A stretch of 62,204 nucleotides of DNA, counting the filler, from Nemertoderma westbladi (Eukaryota; Animalia; Xenacoelomorpha), in the NCBI GenBank assembly GCA_032718475.1. It is 3 parts of 3 records of this genome, joined end to end, with 100 filler letters (N's around TTAATTAATTAA, not from the genome) between each part and the next. Parts side by side here need not be neighbours in the genome. Positions count along the whole stretch, not along the records: positions 30,498 to 57,889 come from JAUCBJ010003182.1; positions 57,990 to 62,204 come from JAUCBJ010003824.1; 1 more part is not named here. One strand, 5' to 3'. Position 1 is the stretch's first letter, and each line of letters opens with the position of its first letter. Below the pieces are notes generated by a model. The model was given only the letters and a program-made list of their open reading frames with translations, did not search any database and had not been told where the DNA came from. The position numbers and the translations under genes were made by a program. Positions 48,101-60,481 of this stretch are shown in pieces.

Positions 48101-48946
48101 GGACGGGGACTGCGGTCAAAATCGAGTTGCCATTTGATGCAGGAGTTAAAACACGGGGATTGTGGTCAAAATCGAGATGCCATTTTATGCAGGAGTTAAA
48201 ACACGGGGACTGTGGTCAAAATCGAGTTGCCATTTGATGCAGGAGTTAAAACACGGGGATTGTGATCAAAATCGAGATGCCATTTTATGCAGGAGTTAAA
48301 ACACGGGGACTGTGGTCAAAATCGAGTTGCCATTTGAGGCAGGAGTTAAAACACGGCGACTGTGGTCAAAATCGAGTTGCCATTTGATGCAGGAGTTAAA
48401 ACACGGGGACTGTGGTCAAAATCGAGTTGCCATTTGATGCAGGAGTTACAACACGGGGACTGTGGTCAAAATCGAGTTGCCATTTGATGCAGGAGTTAAA
48501 ACACGGGGATTGTGGTCAAAATCGAGTTACAATTTGATGCAGGAGTTAAAACACGGGTACTGTGGTCAAAATCGAGTTGCCATTTGATGCAGGAGTTAAA
48601 ACACGGGGACTGTGGTCAAAATCGAGTTACCATTTGATGCAGGAGTTACAACACGGGGACTGCGGTCAAAATCGAGTTGCCATTTGATGCAGGAGTTACA
48701 ACACGGGGACTGTGGTCAAAATCGAGTTGCCATTTGATGCAGGAGTTAAAACACGGGGACTGTAGTCAAAATCGAGTTACCATTTGATGCAGGAGTTACA
48801 ACACGGGGACTGTGGTCAAAATCGAGTTGCCATTTGATGCAGGCGTTAAAACACGGGGACTGTGGTCAAAATCGAGTTGCCATTTGATGCAGGAGTTAAA
48901 ACACGGGGACTGTGGTCAAAATCGAGTTGCCATTTGATGCAGGAGT
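45111..48946. repeat. 50-bp satellite (right arm, inverted)
   Basis: Unit GGGGACTGTGGTCAAAATCGAGTTGCCATTTGATGCAGGAGTTAAAACAC. Confidence 0.97.
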
Positions 48947-49217
48947 CCACATTATTTGACCTCGTCAATGAATTTTTAAGCGGTAGAAGTTTTATTAGAA
49001 CAAATATATATGGGGAAAGTAGGTGAAATCTTTTAAAGATCGCAACAATAAATATCACTATAACAATAAATATATAAATATCACACAAACTTTTGAAGTT
49101 ACAGTGTAAAAATGATATTTTTGGGCTTAAAATTAAAAAATAACTACTTTCAAGCGACAGCGACTAGGGATGTCAGTTTACCGGAAATATGTTTTTTCCA
49201 AGGAGATTTCCGAAAAG

Positions 49218-52200
49218 GTATACCGTAGTAGCGACCAAAAGAGCCAAGACAGCGAACCACCATTAAGCAGGAATAAGTTGTTTCTAGTGTTTACCGTAGG
49301 TATACCACAGTAGCGACCAAAAGAACCAAGACAGTGAACCACCATTAAGCAGGAATAGCTTGTTTCTAGTGTTTACCGTAGGTATACTGTAGTAGCGACC
49401 AAAAGAACCATGACAGTGAACCACCATTAAGCAGGAATCAACTGTTTCTAGTGTTTACTGTAGGTATACCATAGTAGCGACCAAAAGAGCCAAGACAGTG
49501 AACCACCATTAAGCAGGAATCACTTGTTTCAAGTGTTTACCGTAGGTATACCGTAGTAGCGACCAAAAGAGCCAAGACAGTGAACCACCATTAAGCAGGA
49601 ATCACTTGTTTCAAGTGTTTACCGTAGGTATACCGTAGTAGCGACCAAAAGAGCCAAGACAGTGAACCACCATTAAGCAGGAATCACTTGTTTCAATTGT
49701 TTACTACTACTACTACTACTAGGTCGAGCGAACTCGGACAGTGGAAATGAGATCCTTCCAGGCTTCCCGATTCTCCATAGTTGTCGCAATTTCGTTTCTC
49801 CTAAGTTCAGTATCCCTTTCAAGTTGATCTATATATGTTATGGCCGGTCGTCCACGACTACGCTTTTCATGAGTTGCTTGCCAGAAAAGTAGATCTGGTA
49901 TGACCTCGTCTTTACTTCGCCAGCAGTGCCCACTGAATCTTAATCTGCGTTCACGGAGGGTGGTTGATACAGGTGGTATTGTACCATAACGCTCGGCGTT
50001 TGTCATGTGTTGTCTCCAGCTGATGTGTAGGGCTGCCCTTAGTAGTCTTGTGTAGCAACCATCAATTCGTTGTTCAAGTGATTTAGTCAGTGTCCAGGTC
50101 TCACCCCCATATAAAAATACACTTTCCACTGTGGCTCGAAAGAACTTAGTCTTCAGGTGCCTGGAGTGATCTGATTTCCAGATGGTATCCATTTTTGATA
50201 GAGCTACCCAAGCCTTTGCTTTCCTAACTTCTATGTCCTTTTTGCTACTCTCTATCCATGATCCAAGGTACTGGAAGTCATCGACCTTCCTTAGTTGATT
50301 ATTATCAATGGTTGTCAAGTTTCCATCAACATTGAAGGTCATGAATTCGGTCTTTGTAGCATTTATATGCAATCCAACCTCCTTAGCAGCCCTCTCCACT
50401 TTATTTAGTAGAAGCTGTGCATGTGCTAGGGTATTAGAGAGCAGGGCGATGTCATCCGCAAAGTCGGTGTCTGTGACTGTAGTTGCCGGATATCTACTAC
50501 TTCTGCGTTCTTGAAGTGTGAATCCCAGATCTTCACCCTTTGTGGCCGTCCTCATTGCGTAATCCAGCACAATTGCAATTCAATTGTTTACCGTAGGTAT
50601 ACCGTAGTAGCGACCGAAAGAGCCAAGACAGTGAACCACCATTAAGCAGGAATAACTTGTTTCAAGTGTTTACCGTAGGTATACCGTAGTAGCGACCGAA
50701 AGAGCCAAGACAGTGAACCACCATTAAGCAGGAATAACTTGTTTCAAGTGTTTACCGTAGGGATACCGTAGATGCGACCAAAAGAGCCAAGATTGTGAAC
50801 CACCATTAAGCAGGAATCACTTGTTACAAGTGTTTACCGTAGGTATACTGTAGTAGCGACCGAAAGAGCCAAGACAGTGAACCACCATTAAGCAGGAATA
50901 ACTTGTTTCTAGTGTTTACCGTAGGTATACCATAGTAGCGACCGAAAGAGCCAAGACAGTGAACCACCATTAAGCAGGAATCACTTGTTTCAAGTGTTTA
51001 TCGTAGGTATACCGTAGTAGCGACCGAAAGAGCCAAGACAGTGAACCACCATTAAGCAGGAATCACTTGTTACAAGTGTTTACCGTAGGTATACCATAGT
51101 AGCGACCGAAAGAGCTAAGACAGTGAACCACCATTAAGCAGGAATCACTTGTTCCAAGTGTTTACCGTAGGTATACCGTAGTAGCGACCGAAAGAGCCAA
51201 GACAGTGAACCACCATTAAGCAGGAATCACTTGTTTCAAGTGTTTACCGTAGGTATACCGTAGTAGCGACCAAAGGAGCCAAGACAGTGAACCACCATTA
51301 AGCAGGAATCACTTGTTACAAGTGTTTACCGTAGGTATACCATAGTAACGACCAAAAGAGCCAAGACAGTGAACCACCATTAAGCAGGAATCACTTGTTT
51401 CAAGTGTTTACCGTAGGTATACCGTAGTAGCGACCAAAGGAGCCAAGACAGTGAACCACCATTAAGCAGGAATCACTTGTTACAAGTGTTTACCGTAGGT
51501 ATACCGTAGTAGCGACCAAAAGAGCCAAGACAGTGAACCACCATTAAGCAGGAATCACTTGTTTCAAGTGTTTACCGTAGGTATACCGTAGTAGCGACCA
51601 AAAGAGCCAAGACAGTGAACCACCATTAAGCAGGAATCACTTGTTATTGTTACAAGTGTTTATCGTAGGTATACCGTAGTAGCGACCGAAAGAGCCAAGA
51701 CAGTGAACCACCATTAAGCAGGAATCACTTGTTACAAGTGTTTACCGTAGGTATACCATAGTAGCGACCGAAAGAGCTAAGACAGTGAACCACCATTAAG
51801 CAGGAATCACTTGTTCCAAGTGTTTACCGTAGGTATACCGTAGTAGCGACCGAAAGAGCCAAGACAGTGAACCACCATTAAGCAGGAATCACTTGTTTCA
51901 AGTGTTTACCGTAGGTATACCGTAGTAGCGACCAAAGGAGCCAAGACAGTGAACCACCATTAAGCAGGAATCACTTGTTACAAGTGTTTACCGTAGGTAT
52001 ACCATAGTAACGACCAAAAGAGCCAAGACAGTGAACCACCATTAAGCAGGAATCACTTGTTTCAAGTGTTTACCGTAGGTATACCGTAGTAGCGACCAAA
52101 GGAGCCAAGACAGTGAACCACCATTAAGCAGGAATCACTTGTTACAAGTGTTTACCGTAGGTATACCGTAGTAGCGACCAAAAGAGCCAAGACAGTGAAC

Positions 52201-53983
52201 CACCATTAAGCAAGAATCACTTGTTTCAAGTGTTTACCGTAGGTATACCGTAGTAGCGACCAAAAGAGCCAAGACAGTGAACCACCATTAAGCAGGAATC
52301 ACTTGTTACAAGTGTTTACCGTAGGTATACCATAGTAGCGACCAAAAGAGCCAAGACAGTGAACCACCATTAAGCAGGAATCACTTGTTACAAGTGTTTA
52401 CCGTAGGTATACCGTAGTAGCGACCAAAAGAGCCAAGACAGTGAACCACCATTAAGCAGGAATAACTTGTTTCAAGTGTTTACCGTAGGTATACCACAGT
52501 AGCGACCAAAAGAACCAAGACAGTGAACCACCATTAAGCAGGAATCACTTGTTTCAAGTGTTTACCGTAGGTATACCGTAGTAGCGACCAAAAGAGCCAA
52601 GACAGTGAACCACCATTAAGCAGGAATCACTTGTTACAAGTGTTTACCGTAGGTATACCATAGTAGCGACCAAAAGAGCCAAGACAGTGAACCACCATTA
52701 AGCAGGAATCACTTGTTACAAGTGTTTACCGTAGGTATACCGTAGTAGCAACCAAAAGAGCCAAGACAGTGAACCACCATTAAGCAGGAATAACTTGTTT
52801 CAAGTGTTTACCGTAGGTATACCACAGTAGCGACCAAAAGAACCAAGACAGTGAACCACCATTAAGCAGGAATCACTTGTTTCTAGTGTTTACCGTAGGT
52901 ATACCGTAGTAACGACCAGAAGAACCAAGACAGTGAACCACCATTAAGCAGGAATCACTTGTTTCAAGTGTTTACCGTAGGTATACTGTAGTAGCGACCA
53001 AAAGAGCCAAGACAGTGAACCACCATTAAGCAGGAATAACTTGTTTCTAGTGTTTACCGTAGGTATACCGTAGTAGCGACCAAAAGAACCATGACAGTGA
53101 ACCACCATTAAGCAGGAATCAACTGTTTCATGTGTTTACCGTAGGTATACCATAGTAGCGACCAAAAGAGCCAAGACAGTGAACCACCATTAAGCATGAA
53201 TCAACTGTTTCATGTGTTTACCGTAGGTATACCGTTGTAGCGACCAAAAGAACCATGACAGTGAACCACCATTAAGCAGGAATCAACTGTTTCATGTGTT
53301 TACCGTAGGTATACCGTAGTAGCGACCAAAAGAACCAAGACAGTGAACCACCATTAAGCAGGAATCAACTGTTTCATGTGTTTACCGTAGGTATACCGTA
53401 GTAGCGACCGAAAGAGCCAAGATAGTGAACCACCATTAAGCAGGAATCACTTGTTTCAAGTGTTTACCGTAGGTATACCGTAGTAGCGACCAAAAGAGCC
53501 AAGACAGTGAACCACCATTAAGCAGGAATCACTTGTTACAAGTGTTTACCGTAGGTATACCATAGTAGCGACCAAAAGAGCCAAGACAGTGAACCACCAT
53601 TAAGCAGGAATCAACTGTTTCAAGTGTTTACCGTAGGTATACCATAGTAACGACCAAAAGAGCCAAGACAGTGAACCACCATTAAGCAGGAATCAACTGT
53701 TTCAAGTGTTTACCGTAGGTATACCATAGTAACGACCAAAAGAGCCAAGACAGTGAACCACCATTAAGCAGGAATAACTTGTTTCTAGTGTTTACCGTAG
53801 GTATACCATAGTAACGACGAAAAGAGCCAAGACAGTGAACCACCATTAAGCAGGACTCACTTGTTACAAGTGTTTACCGTAGGTATACCGTAGTAACGAC
53901 CAAAAGAGCCAAGACAGTGAACCACCATTAAGCAGGAATCACTTGTTTCTAGTGTTTACCGTAGGTATACCGTAGTAGCGACA
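49218..53983. repeat. 82-bp satellite (right arm, inverted), interrupted by an RTE
   Basis: Reverse complement of the 33708-37728 unit, with more copies than the left arm. Confidence 0.97.
49705..50578 (-). mobile_element. Mirror copy of the 5'-truncated RTE (ORF 49719-50570)
   Basis: Same 283-aa ORF except AELY>AERY and LHE>LRE; same TSD and tail. Confidence 0.93.
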
Positions 53984-54393
53984 TATACTGGCAATATAGC
54001 AGGAGGTATTCAATTAATTGTAAAAGAATAAAATTGAAAATGAATTAATTTCCGAAATTGCGTTCATTATTAAAACATCTAGTTAATGTTTGTTTGTAAA
54101 CCCCACTAAATTGGTACTGCGGTTCAAAATATTATAATATTAGCCAGTATATTACTGGTAACCACATTCCATAACCGCGGAACAATTATACATTATACAT
54201 ATACATTATACATACTATTTTTAGGCATGGGATTGAGAAATTATAACAGGAAAGAAAATAAATTCAAAATAAACGCTGAACGAGATAACCAGTGTCACAG
54301 TGAAATTATCCGTCAAAAAGGCTCTTATAACATTCTCCGGGTTGAATATTTGTATTGTACTGGGTCGTACTATTGTAAATGGCCTGTATGTAA

Positions 54394-55933
54394 GATCGAA
54401 ACCTAAATCCAATGTCTAGGGATATCCAAGGATCGAAACCTAAATCCAAGGTCTAGGGATATCCAAGGATCGAAACCTAAATCCAATGTCTAGGGATATC
54501 CAAGGATCGAAACCTAAGTCCAATGTCTAGGGATATCCAAGGATCGAAACCTATGTCCAATGTCTAGGGATATCCAAGGATCGAAACCTAAATCCAATGT
54601 CTAGGGATATCCAAGGATCGAAACCTAAATCCAATGTCTAGGGATATCCAAGGATCGAAACCTAAATCCAATGTCTAGGGATATCCAAGGATCGAAACCT
54701 AAATCCAGTGTCTAGGGATATCCAAGGATCGAAACCTAAATCCAATGTCTAGGGATATCCAAGGATCGAAACCTAAATCCATGTCTAGGGATATCCAAGC
54801 GCCATCCGCTAGGGATATCCAAGGATCGAAACCTAAATCCAATGTCTAGGGATATCCAAGGATCGAAACCTATGTCCAATGTCTAGGGATATCCAAGGAT
54901 CGAAACCTAAATCCAATGTCTAGGGATATCCAAGGATCGAAACCTAAATCCAATGTCTAGGGATATCCAAGGATCGAAACCTAAATCCAATGTCTAGGGA
55001 TATCCAAGGATCGAAACCTAAATCCAATGTCTAGGGATATCCAAGGATCGAATCCTAAATCCAGTGTCTAGGGATATCCAAGGATCGAAACCTAAATCCA
55101 ATGTCTAGGGATATCCAAGGATCGAAACCTAAATCCAAGGTCTAGGGATATCCAAGGATCGAAACCTAAATCCAATGTCTAGGGATATCCAAGGATCGAA
55201 ACCTAAATCCAATGTCTAGGGATATCCAAGGATCGAAACCTAAATCCAATGTCTAGGGATATCCAAGGATCGAATCCTAAATCCAGTGTCTAGGGATATC
55301 CAAGGATCGAAACCTAAATCCAAGGTCTAGGGATATCCAAGGATCGAAACCTAAATCCAAGGTCTAGGGATATCCAAGGATCGAAACCTAAATCCAATGT
55401 CTAGGGATATCCAAGGATCGAAACCTAAATCCAATGTCTAGGGATATCCAAGGATCGAAACCTAAATCCAAGGTCTAGGGATATCCAAGGATCGAAACCT
55501 AAATCCAATGTCTAGGGATATCCAAGGATCGAAACCTAAATCCAAGGTCTAGGGATATCCAAGGATCGAAACCTAAATCCAATGTCTAGGGATATCCAAG
55601 GATCGAATCCTAAATCCAGTGTCTAGGGATATCCAAGGATCGAAACCTAAATCCAAGGTCTAGGGATATCCAAGGATCGAAACCTAAATCCAATGTCTAG
55701 GGATATCCAAGGATCGAAACCTAAATCCAAGGTCTAGGGATATCCAAGGATCGAAACCTAAATCCAATGTCTAGGGATATCCAAGGATCGAAACCTAAAT
55801 CCAATGTCTAGGGATATCCAAGGATCGAAACCTAAATCCAAGGTCTAGGGATATCCAAGGATCGAAACCTAAATCCAATGTCTAGGGATATCCAAGGATC
55901 GAAACCTAAATCCAAGGTCTAGGGATATCCAAG
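54394..55933. repeat. 37-bp satellite (right arm, inverted)
   Basis: Unit GATCGAAACCTAAATCCAA(T/G)GTCTAGGGATATCCAAG. Confidence 0.97.
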
Positions 55934-56399
55934 GGATATTGAAATATATTAGATAGTGGCTTTATCGCGACAATAATTATTACTTTTAAAATATATATTT
56001 ATATAATAAAACCGATCTAATTAATCGCAAGAGATGCGAAAACTTTGAAAGGGAGAGATTTCGCGTGGCGGAAGAGCTGTAGCCCATTGACTGGGCGGTA
56101 AATAATATAAATTTTAACAATAAAATAATATTTTATAATAATACCGAATGATGATTCGTTATGATGAAATCCGTTAAGTTTTGAAATCAGAGAAAAACTT
56201 TATCTCTAACAATCTTGGTTACCATGACAAAGAACTATAAATGGTTGCTGTAAAACTTAGAGTACATTAATAGCTTTTGGGTTGTTAGGTCTACTAGACT
56301 ATAGACATTGTCTAATGGATAAAGGAACCCGTCAACAAACTAGGAGTGAATATGGAGTTATGATTTATCTTTAGTAATCTGACGGTATTATGGTGTAAA

Positions 56400-57797
56400 A
56401 TGTACGTTTAATTACCCAATCAGATTGCCCCAAACGTTTAATTTACCCAATCAGATTGCTCCAAACGTTTAATTTCCCAATCAGATTGCTCCAAACGTTT
56501 AATTTCCCAATCAGATTGCTCCAGACGTTTAATTACCAATCAGATTGCCCCAAACGTTTAATTTACCCAATCAGATTGCTCCAAACGTTTAGTTTCCCAA
56601 TCAGATTGCTCCAAACGTTTAATTTCCCAATCAGATTGCTCCAGACGTTTAATTACAGATTGCCCCAAACGTTTATTTACCCAACATATTGCTCCAAACG
56701 TTTAGTTACCCAATCAGATTGCTCCAAACGTTTAATTTCCCAATCAGATTGCTCCAGATGTTTAATTTCCCAATCAGATTGCTCCAAATAATATGTACGT
56801 TTAATTACCCAATCAGATTGCTACAAATAATATGTACGTTTAATTAATTACCCAATCAGATAGCTCCAAATAACATTTACGTTTAATTTCCCGATCAGAT
56901 TGCTCCACATAATATGCACGTTTAATTACCCAATCAGATGGCTACAAATAATATGCACGTTCAATTACCCAATCAGATTGCCCCAAATAATATGCACGTT
57001 TAATTACCCAATGCGATTGCTACAAATAATATGCACTTTCAATTACCCAATCAGATTGCTCCAAATAATATGTACGTTTAATTACCCAATCAGATAGCTC
57101 CAAATAATATGCACTTTCAATTACCCAATCAGATTGCTCCAAATAATATGCACGTTCAATTACCCAATCAGATTGCCCCAAATAATATGCACGTTTAATT
57201 ACCCAATGAGATTGCTACAAATAATATGCACTTTCAATTACACAATCAGATTGCTCCAAATAATATGTACGTTTAATTACCCAATCAGATAGCTCCAAAT
57301 AATATGCACTTTCAATTACCCAATCAGATTGCTCCAAATAATATGCACTTTCAATTACCCAATCAGATTGCTCCAAATAATATGTACGTTTAATTACCCA
57401 ATCAGATAGCAACAAATAATATATACGTATGTTTAGTGTTTAATTACCCAATCAGATTGCTGCACATATCATCTACGTTTAATAACCCAATCAGATAGCT
57501 CCAAATAACATCTACGTTTAATTACCCAATCAGATAGCAACAAATAATATATACGTATGTTTAGTGTTTAATTACCCAATCAGATTGCTGCACATATCAT
57601 CTACGTTTAATAACCCAATCAGATAGCTCCAAATAACATCTACGTTTAATTACCCAATCAGATAGCTCCAAATAATATATACGTATGTTTAGTGTTTAAT
57701 TACCCAATCAGATTGCTGCACATATCATCTACGTTTAATTACCCAATCAGATAGCTCCAAATAATATGTACGTTTAATTACCCAATCAGATTGCTCC
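56400..57797. repeat. 30/39-bp minisatellite (right arm) running into a kelch exon
   Basis: Core ACGTTTAATTACCCAATCAGATTGCTCC; the last copy is the exon's acceptor. Confidence 0.95.
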
Positions 57798-57889
57798 TAT
57801 GAACATCCGTCGCGCTGGCGCCGGCGTGGCCACTTTCCACGACGGTCACATCTACGTGTGCGGCGGATTCGACGACAACTCCCCGTTGG
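57790..57889 (+). CDS. KLHL8: Partial exon encoding a kelch repeat, KLHL8-like; truncated by the gap
   Basis: After cccaatcAG the frame reads IAPMNIRRAGAGVATFHDGHIYVCGGFDDNSPL. RRAG.GV and YV.GGFDDNSPL match my recollection of a KLHL8 kelch repeat. The kelch call is firm; the ortholog assignment is less so. Confidence 0.75.
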
Positions 57890-57989
57890 NNNNNNNNNNN
57901 NNNNNNNNNNNNNNNNNNNNNNNNNNNNNNNNNTTAATTAATTAANNNNNNNNNNNNNNNNNNNNNNNNNNNNNNNNNNNNNNNNNNNN
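57890..57989. other. Artificial assembly linker
   Basis: 44 N + TTAATTAATTAA + 44 N. Confidence 0.98.
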
Positions 57990-58591
57990 GGTCAGCTGTG
58001 GTATGGCCTACTAACTACAGTAATTACTATCTATAAGGTCGAAGAATAACTGCGCTGTAACTGGTGCAATATCGAAGGAGATACGTTTTTCTAACGCTTG
58101 TAGCGAAGATAAAAATTCAAACTCAACTACTATCTCTGTTTCAAATTTCATACAGTTTCATTACGATTTCTAGAAAAATGTGGGTGGGGGGGGGGGGGGG
58201 GAGTTGTGCAGTTTGTTAACAAATTATCATTGTAGGGCCTACCTAGTAAATTTTATGGTACAGTACCTTTAGCTATAATACTTGTATATTTTTTTGCACT
58301 CTTGTACCCTTTGTTGTCAAACATGTTTTAAAAAAATGGCACGTTACAGGTACAGGTAAACAGGTGTTCCTAGGTATTACCAGCTGTTTCCACATTTTAG
58401 CACGTGTGAATACTTATAAGTAAAACCATTATGGCATTACTCACTAAGTCGCTCGCCAATATACTGTAGCTGTATGCAGAATTGTGTGTCCATACCGGTA
58501 ACGTAAACATAACAAAGCAGCTATACCCACGTTAAACAGTATTGTTTTGGCTTGTTGCCTGGCAACCTGTTAATCTCAGCTGATAGAAATC

Positions 58592-58788
58592 CCGATCGTA
58601 ACTTTTACGGGCAGGTATTAGCAATCGTAAAGTTACGATTGATATCAATCGTAAAGTTACGATCATCATAAAGTTACGATCATCGTAAATGTTTTATGCA
58701 TACCAATTATATTTACGATCATCGGAAATGTGAAACTTACGATCATCGTAAAGTTACGATCGTCGTAAGTGTTTTATGCATACGGGCC
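58592..58788. repeat. Cluster of ATCGTAAAGTTACGAT quasi-palindromic repeats, probable MITE remnant
   Basis: About six variants of the motif; the cluster ends in TTTTATGCATACGGGCC. No matching second end was found. Confidence 0.5.
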
Positions 58789-60481
58789 ATTATCAATATT
58801 TTGTAGGTCGCACAAAATAAAATAAAAATCGTTAAAAATGTTAAGTGATTTAAAGTGTTTAAAAGGGATGAACTCAAGTGCAAATGGAGCGAGAAAATTA
58901 ATTCATTAGTTTTGCTCCCTTTGCTATAGTGTTAAAAGTCATGTTTAATTAACTAAACTAAATTATACAATCTACTGTATGGATGTAAAACAAATAAACA
59001 ATTAGGAAATACTACAGTCCGACACTATACAATACGATACGATACAACCTACACTACAAATTGCACCACAATCAATAATATAAAGGTGATACTTAGCCGT
59101 AGTTTCCTTTTTGTCTCAGTTTGTTGATGATTTTCGATCCGGAACGTTTGAAATGTTGAGAAATGAACATTGTAGAGAAACAGCGTTGAAAGAAACCGCG
59201 TCTGAAGATTGGAGAAAATGTCTGTGTTCAACTACTGTATATCTAACTAGGCCTACTGTACATGGTACAAGCCTAAATATTTCCGGATATATTGGTTCCA
59301 CCAACAAGTTGCCACTTCTGTACGTTGTTTTGGGATCACCTCCTCACAAATTTTAAGTTTAAAGAAATAAAAATATAAACCGCAAATATAATTTATAGAG
59401 TTTTTGGCATTTAACAAGTCAATATAGAATCCAAAAAATGTGTTTTGGATTGATTGCGAATTAATTTTGGTTTTATTCTAGATTGGCGGGCTGGACTGCA
59501 TGGACGAAACTGAAACATATATCGGGATATGTGGATATACGAGTCAGTAAATGGCTCTTTAAGAAAATAAAAAAAAAGATACCGCACAAAGTGTGTCAAT
59601 ACCAATACACAAAATACGGAGTTATTAATCTTATGTTCTAGAATATTAGGGTATCTATGATATGATATTTTACTTCCAAATTAGAAATTTGCAATTTATT
59701 TTATTACGAAACAAGCTTTCGTGATTGGATTTCCGCGTTGAGTGTATTAATTTTTCAAGCGCAAAGCAACTACAGTAGCAAACGTAAAATGGTAAAAACA
59801 CTTTAGGAAATACGTCTGAAAATATAAAACAAGGGGAACTTGTTGTGGTTCTGTGTACTTTAAGATCCGGAAGGAACATAAAGGAGCTTTATTTTAGAAC
59901 TAAAATATAATCCAAAAAATACGGACATAAAATCGCAGTGAGTTAAGGGGCCTATCGTTATAAAAGCAGCGACCCTGCATAACAAAGGGGTCCTAATTAG
60001 CTGCAGTATATCCTACATGAGGACCTACATGCCAGGCACACGCCATCGATGAGTCATCATGGGAGCCATCATCATCATTTCGCAAGAAAACATCATCGGT
60101 GGTCTGAAATTCGATCTCGAGAAAGGTGGGCGCTTTGAATACTTCAGTTTTGCCGGCGACTTGTGGTAATGTAGGGTCAAAAATACTAGCACTAGAGTGG
60201 TTACGTGGATGAAACCCGACATTATCTAGACACAGATTACATCACGCGTAAGAGTTACAGTAGAAACTCCGGATAAACATTATTTAAATTATACACAGCG
60301 ATACATCCAACGCAGTACGCTGTAGTGCTGTACTTAATGCATACTGTATGGACCGCACAAAGTCTGGATGTATGTTGTTACAGTACCATTTTAATTATCC
60401 ATTCCCCTGGATGCAAATGTACCAACTTTTATCCATGTCTTCCCCATTGCACACAACGTAGGTCAGGTCAGGTATTCTAGG

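Larger units (their letters stand above)
30498..57191. repeat. ~27-kb inverted repeat (arms ~30498-43152 and ~45111-57191) with a degraded centre
   Basis: All satellites, spacers and ORFs are mirrored, e.g. 36375-37226(+) vs 49719-50570(-), 33276-33467 vs 54221-54412, and 37857-38099 vs 48846-49088. Confidence 0.97.

Noticed and set aside
31703-55933. Satellites as hammerhead-ribozyme (retrozyme) repeats
   Set aside because: No CTGATGA/GAAA core was found in the 37-, 50- or 82-bp units on either strand.
30592-57415. Short ORFs inside satellites (e.g. 30592-30789, 30937-31212, 39606-39803, 43196-43426, 56456-56791)
   Set aside because: They are translations of repeat units or of the degraded centre, with no independent coding evidence.
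28051-57797. Arrays with 30-39 bp repeats as possible CRISPR arrays
   Set aside because: The units are contiguous with no unique spacers, there are no cas genes, and the context is eukaryotic.
59111-60222. ORFs 59111-59356 (after a good acceptor) and 60025-60222 as exons continuing the kelch gene
   Set aside because: No kelch or other recognisable motif, and they lie across an artificial linker.
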